Below, piece by piece: positions 45,717-53,740 of a stretch of 53,740 nt of DNA. Every line of letters starts with the position of its first letter. Position 1 is the first letter of the stretch. The notes beneath the pieces are model-generated. The model was not told the origin of the DNA. It did no database searches and saw only the letters and a program-made list of their open reading frames with translations. Both the position numbers and the translations under genes were made by a program. Source of the stretch: Halocafeteria seosinensis (Eukaryota); contig LVLI01000393.1 of assembly GCA_001687465.1 (NCBI GenBank), forward strand, positions 1 to 53,740. Direction: 5' to 3'.

Positions 45717-48700
45717 ATGGCTTCGCAGCGAACAGACGATGGCAGCTCAGGAAGTCTTCTCGAGGAAGAAGCAGTCGACGGTACCGCTACAGGGTCAGTG
45801 ATGTCTGTCAATGGCAATGGCCATGCGGCGGCAAGTGTGCCGAGTAAAAAGAACGCTGCCAAGTATGCAGCCCTGCCAACCGCCGAAAGTGGAAGCGAAC
45901 CTCCGCCAGCTGCAGCGATTGAACACTCCAAGTGGACGGCGCAGTACAGGGCTCTTATGAAGAAACATTGGATACAGACACGTCAGCATAAGAAACAAAC
46001 TTTGGCACAAATATGTTCACCTGTGCTAGTGACCATTCTGCTAGTCATCATGCAGCAAATTAGTAACTACGTCTTGAATCACAGCGGTAAGTTCCTATCT
46101 AGGATGGCGACACACACACACAAACTGGTTTCTTTCACTTCCGCCCTTGTTCGTGCCTCTTACAGAGCCATCGCCCCCTTCTGAGGAGATTCTGCCATTA
46201 CAGGTAGGTGCCCCGCTTGAGGCTTCCAAGTCTTGGCACGATACGACAATAATATCTTCACAAAACCTCTCCGCAGCGTTGTATCCCCGGGGGCAACCAG
46301 CCTACTGTAGAATTTTGGAGAACTGACACCGCGAAATCAAAGAGCTCTGCAAAATGTCAGACAATAGTATATGCCCCGCAAACAGATGTCATCGACAAGT
46401 TCATGCGCAGGGTTGCCTCAGAGAATGGATTGTCATTTGACGAAGACTTTCTGCGACTGCCAGGGTTAGCGAATCTCACGGACCCAGACATTCAACATTG
46501 GTGCAATTCATCGACTACTACGTCAGATGAATATGTTTACTGTGATCCCACTTCAGGAGACCTGGAAGAATTGCTTAACAACAAACAAGGAGAAGATGAT
46601 GACGGCATTCCTTCACCATTCCAAAGCTCCTCTGCATGTTTGCCTTGCGGATTTGTTCTTGACAATGATACGCTGACGAATTGGATACTGAATCATCCAA
46701 ATTTTACACAAAACGTTGTTTTGTTCCCGATGCCCTACTTGGCATGCTCTCTTAGACCGTTTGATCTCCCGTGGACGGAAGGCATATGTGAAGAGTTTCT
46801 GGGGAAGAGTTTATCCACAAACTCCTACGTGATCTATTACAACTATACAATAGGGGAGTATCCGTTCTTTGAGAACGATCATGCAATGGAGGTGAAACGT
46901 GCTCTGGAGAAGGTTCACCTCTCGTCTTGCGCAGGCAACGATGTGGTACACCTAGACGTGAACTGGCGACAATATCCAACTCCAAAACCGCGTTTGAAGG
47001 GGTACGATGTCGTCGCTGCAAACGGTGGAGTTTGGTTTTATTTGCCTCCGATGATTATATTCTTCGTGATCCTAACCGAAGTTGTGGACGAAAAAGCATC
47101 AAAACTGCGGATTGGGATGAAGCAAATGGGACTCCGGGATAGCGTGTTCTGGGCGGCATGGTTTACTTACGGAGTCATCATGTGTTTAATTTCTTCATTG
47201 CTGCTTTGTATATGTGGTGTGATAGCCGATTTTTCTATATTTGTTAACAGCAACTTTGTGATTCCGTTGTTTTTGTTTTTCATCTTCGGGGTGGCGATGG
47301 TCGCTATTAGTTTTTTTCTGTCTACCTACATTTCGCGAACCAGGACAGCGCAGACCGTGGGTTACAGTATAGTACTCATGGGCTTCGTGTTTCAAGCAAT
47401 TATGAGTTCAGGGTAAGTCTCCGATTTGTCTCATCTGCCCAGGTTTTAGGTTTGAAGTTGCCCGTTCTCTTTCCAGATATGGTGCATTGGTCGACATGTT
47501 GTATGATCCTGATATTGCTTCGTGGGTGCGTATTGTACGGGGAATCCTCACTATGTACCCTCCCTTCAATATGGCCAAAATGTTCTATGATATAAGTGCG
47601 AAGGCTGGGTCAGAACTGGACTTCACAGCGGGAATGATTGTCACCGGAAGTGGTTTCCATATCAGCGACCTATCACAAGGTAGACAAACCGAGCTGTTTG
47701 GCTACGATATTCATATTCCGCCTCCACAAGAAGCACTTGCCTTCTTGGTTTTAAACACTATTGTTTTCGTTGTGTGGGGCTACTACCAAGATATTATTTT
47801 CACGGGAGACCAAGGCCCTGGGCAGCACCCACTCTTCTTCATGTCTCCGCTAAAGCGTCTATGCTGTCGGAGGCACACAAACAAGACAAAATCCACAGCG
47901 TCGGCGTTCTTCCTCTGCAGTTTCTTTGTTTTGGAGTCTGTCCCGTTGATGTCGACTCTTCCAGTGAAGGAGGACATAAACGACCCTGGAGTTTGCGAAG
48001 AAGAAAGGGTTGCTGCGGATAAGAAAGATGAGACGGGAAATTCTATATTGGTGCGGATCGTTGATCTAGTCAAGATTTATAATGCTCAATCGTCGATCCT
48101 TGCGTTACCATGGAGACTCCTAAAAGGAATCTGTAAGTTTGTGGTTGCTCGGACTTATGCACTCACATGGGGAAATCGGGTGTACATACTTTCATGCTGC
48201 AACTCAAGAAGCAGAAAAGCTGCTACTGTGTATAATGATCCTCAAACAGTAGGTATTAATTCCGTGATGCCAGAACATGAGGCCGATAGGGAGACTCTTC
48301 TGGGAGAGTACTCGTATTTCTCGCGACGACTTTGTTGCCGGAGACATTCTAAGAGTGATAAAATGGAGGTAGACTCACTTCAAGACACCGGGCACGATCC
48401 TAATGTGGTCGCAGCCGTAAATGGAATGTCTTTTACAGTGAAGAAAGACGAAATATTCTGCCTCCTTGGGCACAATGGTGCGGGTAAGACGACGACACTG
48501 TCGATACTAACTGGGCTCTTCCAGGCAACAAGTGGAAGTGTTGAGGTCATGGGCCTAGATGTTGGAACCGGAGCGGACGTACGATCTGCGCAAAAATGCA
48601 TGGGTGTGTGCCCTCAGCATGATATTCTATGGGCGGAATTATCGGCTTGCGAGCACCTAAGGGTGTTTGCGGCTATTAAGGGACTCCGAGGTGATGACGA

Positions 48701-51700
48701 GGCAAGGGAACGAGAAATCGAACGCGTGCTTCGCTTTGTCGACCTGTGGGACGTACGCGACCGTACTACAAATGCTTTTTCGGGTGGTATGAAACGCCGT
48801 TTAAGCTTAGCCATTAGTGCAATAGGCGATCCACAAGTACTATACCTTGATGAACCGGTAAGTTTTACGCTATTTTTGGTCCATCCTTCAGCGCGGTCTT
48901 GATCTCCCCTCTTGACGTTGCAGACGACGGGGATGGATCCTGTTAATCGGCGACAAGCATGGAGACTTATTCAGTCACTGAAAACCAATAGAGCTGTTAT
49001 TCTTACGACTCATGATATGGTCGAGGCCGAAACTCTCAGTGATCGCGTTGGTATTATGGCCAATGGAAGGTTGTATGCGTTAGGTACCACTCTTCGATTA
49101 AAGAACAAATACGGCTCTGGTTACCGCCTGAATTTGACACTTGCGCAACCAAAAGGGAATACACAGGAGCAAGCGTTTCATAAGGAGTTAGCTCGTAGAA
49201 TAATGGAGTTCCTTCGACGGAGGTTAGGAGAAAACCACGATAGCAAGGATAAACAATTCGCTTCCGCAAGGACTAACGCTGTTCGACTGATCAACCAAGA
49301 CACGGGAGCGATTACAGTGGGACTTCCACCGGATGAACGATACATTACTAGCTTCCTGCAATTACTTCAGGAGTTGGAAGGACGATCAACCGACCATTGT
49401 CCAGAAGACTTGGAGTCACTGGAGAAGTTTAGAGGATCCCCACTAGAGTTTATCCGCGAATGGGGTGTATCGCACACTTCACTAGAGGATGTGTTTATTA
49501 CTGTTAGTCGCATTGCTCAGTTTGAATTGGCTGTTGAATCGAACAGTGACTGGAAGGAAGACGGCGTGGATTCCGAAGAGCTTGAAGTAGGCGTCAAACA
49601 TGATAACATTGGGGCCGAATCGACACTATCGGACCATTCCACTCCTCAATCGTTCAGTTACCGCGCTCTGATAAGGAAGAATATTACGTTGCAACTACGG
49701 CAACGCGGTCTTTGTCTCTGTCAGATCATCGCTCCCTTGACGGTAATCGGACTGCTCGTATTGTTGCAGTACATTGTCAAAAGTGAAGTTGGAGATACTA
49801 AGGAGGCCCTCGTTCCCTCTCTTATAGTACCTTTGAACCTCAACGATTGGAACGACTTCTCCACCTCCCTCGACAGCCACAGTTTCGATAGTGTCTTCAA
49901 TAGCCTTCGTTTAACTCCTTACCAAAGTAGTCAGGAAGCTGCCGGATTTTCTCACTCTCCTGCTTCCAGACGACTTGGTATTGATAACGGGAAATATGGC
50001 AACTCTTTACCTGGGAATGAAAGCGATTGTTTTATGTTCTTCTACTACACAGTTTCTCCGGATACGGGCGGCAGTTCTTCGAAACAGGAACTGCGCAGAA
50101 AGGTTGGCTCACTTGACAAGGATGGATCTGGCAGTGGGCTACTAGGGACGATTCCTCAAAGCAACTGCACCCTCAAGAATGAATCGTCCAGGCAAGTCCC
50201 TTTCTTCGAATGGAGGATTTCCCCTGAAACAGCTTACAAGGATTTATATTCGATTTTAGAGTCATTTGATGACATCTCCATCCACGATATTCAGCGAAGA
50301 CCTCCCTGTGCCTCCGGATCATGCCCGGCATATGAACTTCCGGATGGCTACTTGGACTTTCATGATCTCAGAAACGAAAGCAATCCCCGGCTAGCGTACA
50401 CTTTTTCGGTGAATGACGTCAAGTATATTCCGTATCACCGGCCAAATAATTTCACTAGATTGGGGATACCTGACTTGCCGTCGTGGGTTCAACGGAGAGG
50501 TGTTACAATTACCCCTGCACGGCTTGGGTTAATGAACTATGTCTCACTGTCTTTCGAGAAGCATATGTGTGGGGGCCACACTTTGGACATACCGTCCTCT
50601 TGGATGGATAATCCTCTGTTTCAGCTGATAGAACAGCTGCTAGAAACACGGGCAGTCGCGACATTGCCGGTCAAGGAATCACAAAATCCAATGCAGATTG
50701 TTGAGGTATTTGGGTCGTTTCTATATCCCATCGCTTTGACTCTACAACTTCCTCTGTATATCTATGTCATGGTACTAGAAAAGGAAACAAGGCTCATTGA
50801 ACTGCAGAAAATAATGGGAATGAGGTGGGCTTCATACGTACTTACTACCTATGGCTTGAATATGTCAATTTACGCTACAGTGGTTGGTTTTTTCTGGATT
50901 ATTGGGACTCTCTTGGGTTTTGGATTTTTCGTGGGGACCAATAACGGTGCATTGTTTCTCCTATTTTTGGGATGGGGACTTGCGCTTGTTTCTCTCGGTT
51001 TTTTCTTGGCATCTTTTATATCATCCCGGCGCGTGGCAACTGTCGTCGGCTACATCGTAGCATTGTTCGGGAATCTGGTTGCTCTCGTACTGTCAGACGG
51101 TATCTATGGTAATATTCCGCCATTTTCCATCGCTCACAGACTCCCTGGGTGGCTGTATATATTTCCTGTTTTTGGTTTTGTACGACCGTAAGTCCCTCAA
51201 TATATTCTTATTATATCCTCGTGTACACAGCTCACATTTTCTTCGGCACTGCAGCATCTACTTGATGAATTTCGCATGCATATTCCGACGTCACTGCTTG
51301 GGGGAATTCCACGAGGCAATGAACCCAGACAGCGAAATTACTGTTGCCATAGCATCTCTTTACGCATGCTCAGTAGGGTACATGGTTCTCGCGTTGTACC
51401 TAGAACAGGTGCTTCCTAGAGAGTATGGTGTCCCGAAGCATCCTCTGTTTTGCTGTTCGCAGCCTATCCAACACAACCTTTCGAAACTTGCTTCTTTGGT
51501 CTATCGAAAACTGTCTTCGCTCGCCTCCGTAGTCAGCAGTCTCTTCCCGTGGAACCGCCGGCCTAAATACCATAAGACGCCATCACTCTGTGAGACGGGT
51601 GCGGAAACGCATACATCGCACCTCGAGATGATCGCTAACACAAAAGCACAGCTGGTGTCATCTGGTCGAGTGCGGTTTAGTGACGGTTATACCCAAACTC

Positions 51701-53096
51701 CGGAGGGAAGTAATCCTCTTCTGCGAGATTTAATCCATTCGATTTCATTAGCTGACGTTACCGACCGCGATAGAGCTGCAGCAACCGAGCTTCAAGAGGA
51801 GCTCGGAATCCTGACACATACCGAAGACGACTTGGACGCCCTAGCGTACGCGGTGCGGGAAGATATAGGCGTTATCGACGAACGCATAAGGGTTGAATCT
51901 CTTATATCGCAGTGTATCTCAGCCGATGGTCACAATATGCAGTCGGACCGTATATCCGTTATCCTGCATCATTTGCGCAAAGTATATGCAGGCAGCTCTC
52001 CAGTGTTGAAGAACAAGGAAAACGCTGACGACGGTCGAGCCGCGAAGGTCGCTGTGTCGGATACCAGCTTGGCTATCTCCAAGGGCGAGTGCTTCGGTCT
52101 CCTAGGCGAGAATGGTGCAGGTACGTTTGTCTCCGGGTTTCGTGTTACAATCTGTGTTTTTGGTAACCGTCTGATGTATAACAGGCAAAACAACTTTGAT
52201 TTCGATGTTGTCGGGTGTGTTCCCTCCCACTTCCGGCCAGTCTTGGATAGGGAAGTATAACGTTGAGACGGAGACCGATTTAACGCATTTGTTAACAGGA
52301 TTATGTCCCCAACATGATATCTTATGGGAAGATTTAACGGTTGAAGAACACTTACTTTTCTTTTCAAGATTGAAAGGAATACCGCCAAGGCATGAGAAGC
52401 AGCACGTTGATCGCTCCCTGAACTCGGTGGGCCTAGCTAATGTTCGCCGCAGATACGCAAAAAACCTTTCAGGAGGAATGAAACGAAGACTGAGTATTGC
52501 GCTTACGCTCGTCGGGAGGTCCGAGGTCGTGCTGCTAGATGAACCAACAACAGGACTCGATCCTGCTTCTCGGCGACGAGTCTGGTCGGTGATCGCGTAT
52601 GCTAAACAGAGCGGAGATAGGGCATTGATATTGACGACTCATTCTATGGACGAGGCTGACCTCTTGTCATCTCGTAAGTCGAAATCTGAAAGACTTAATC
52701 TTGTGTAACGTTGAGGAAGAATGTCTTGTGCCTGGAGATGCAGGAATTGGGATCGTCACACATGGTAGATTGAGGGTGCTAGGGAGTCAACAAACGCTGA
52801 AGAACAAATATGGAGGTGGATATAGGCTGGATGTTAGTTTTGTCGGAGGGAAGGAAACCGAAAAGGAAGTTGTATCGTGGGTACAGAAGCAGTTTCCAGA
52901 GGCTACGATAGACAGCGTCTTTAACGGCTTCATCAGTTTCTTACTCAGTCCGAATGCAAAATTGACCGTAGCTGATGTATTTGGTACGATGCACGCAGAG
53001 GCCAAGTCCGCCGCTCACATAACCGACTGGGCTGTAAGTCAAGTATCCCTCGAGGATGTATTTCAGCGCGTTGTACGGGCGCATAATGAAGAATAG
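45717..53096 (+). CDS. Full-size ABC transporter subfamily A, multi-exon
   Basis: Two TMD-NBD halves. Walker A GHNGAGKTT and GENGAGKTT (the second split by an intron), CPQHDILW twice, FSGGMKRRL and LSGGMKRRL signatures, LDEPTTG, and SLEDVF twice. Confidence 0.95.
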
Positions 53097-53538
53097 GTCT
53101 AAGATAAGTCACCGAGCGGTTTGTACCGGCTGGTGGCAGTGAGTGATTCATGACTACAACGGAAGTACACAGTGGTCCACAATGGTCCAGCCAGATCAGC
53201 TCAGACCTTGACCGACAGTAAAGATTTGAAGATTCTTCTGTAGCGATAAACTTGGGCTGCTTGCTTTTGTACGGGTAAATATGACGCTGTCGAACGAGTG
53301 TCGGGTCCATTTCGCTATATGCCGCGGCCTCTATTTTTCGTTTATAATTTCCGGTATGTCTGCCTTTTCACAGATAGTCTCTTCCTTCCACTCGTTGGTG
53401 ATTCCTTTTAGTGGACACATGCATTTCCCATTTTTATACATGCGGACTGGGGTTGTGATTTCAGTGAACAACATGGTGTGTCTTTATCCTCGTAGCCGCC
53501 CCGATAAAATGTCATCGATTCAACCCTTACTAGGATGG

Positions 53539-53710
53539 ACACACACAAATGTGACAGATAGCCCACCGGCCGGGAAGTTGACCGCATCCTCTTAACGAGG
53601 AGCGGTATGCGCCCGTGTTAAGCAGCGACGGGCCCGCTGTTCCTGCAGCCTTGCTGACATGCGCCGTGAGGGAACACAGCACTGGTTAAGCTCAAGAGGC
53701 ATCGGGGGAG
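53539..53710 (-). mobile_element. Dispersed repeat, copy 2 (may continue to the window end)
   Basis: 172 bp matching 13-184 with 4 substitutions. Confidence 0.7.
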
Positions 53711-53740
53711 GAGCCATGCCTGAGCCCACAATGTCAGAGG

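Noticed and set aside
48080..48400. Long insertion before Walker A in ABCA NBD1
   Set aside because: It contains a strong GTAAGT donor near 48133, so part is probably an in-frame intron, and ABCA proteins often have variable loops here.
53598..53642. GAGCGGTATGCG resembling group II intron domain V
   Set aside because: The following sequence does not form the roughly 34-nt domain V hairpin, and copy 1 differs at this motif.
1..53740. Whole window as one giant element, provirus or circle bounded by 172-bp direct repeats
   Set aside because: The interior is ordinary spliced housekeeping genes with no integrase, transposase, RT or capsid. A third internal fragment shows the repeat is dispersed. 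Contig ends falling in repeats is the simpler explanation.
1..53740. Frameshifts, alternative genetic code or prokaryotic operons suggested by fragmented ORFs
   Set aside because: The breaks I checked are explained by canonical GT-AG introns of about 60-90 nt. No CRISPR array, tRNA or snRNA was recognised.

Overview
Gene-dense eukaryotic (protist, possibly stramenopile-like; lineage is inference) nuclear DNA with short GT-AG introns (about 60-90 nt), so most ORF-track entries are exon fragments. Genes: a DUF3990/ADP-ribosyltransferase-like ORF, FLVCR-like MFS transporter, two unknown genes, a tetraspanin-like/DUF4097-like membrane protein, WDR12/YTM1, UAP1, CAND1, a secreted beta-propeller/LRR mosaic protein, a calpain-like protein lacking its catalytic Cys and His, two tandem formate-nitrite transporter (FNT) genes, a coiled-coil gene, a 2857-aa ORF, WDR76, PEN-2 and a full-size ABCA transporter, plus one solitary 5S rRNA gene. 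The most unusual signals are: (1) a 172-bp structured repeat with a (TG)n end at both window ends, with a 5'-truncated third copy inserted in one of two paralogous sites (filled versus empty site visible); (2) the junction of the FNT tandem duplication, which is stitched from a 185-bp piece of CAND1 (13 kb away) and an inverted 57-bp piece of the calpain gene, a template-switching signature. All calls are by eye; no database searches were run.
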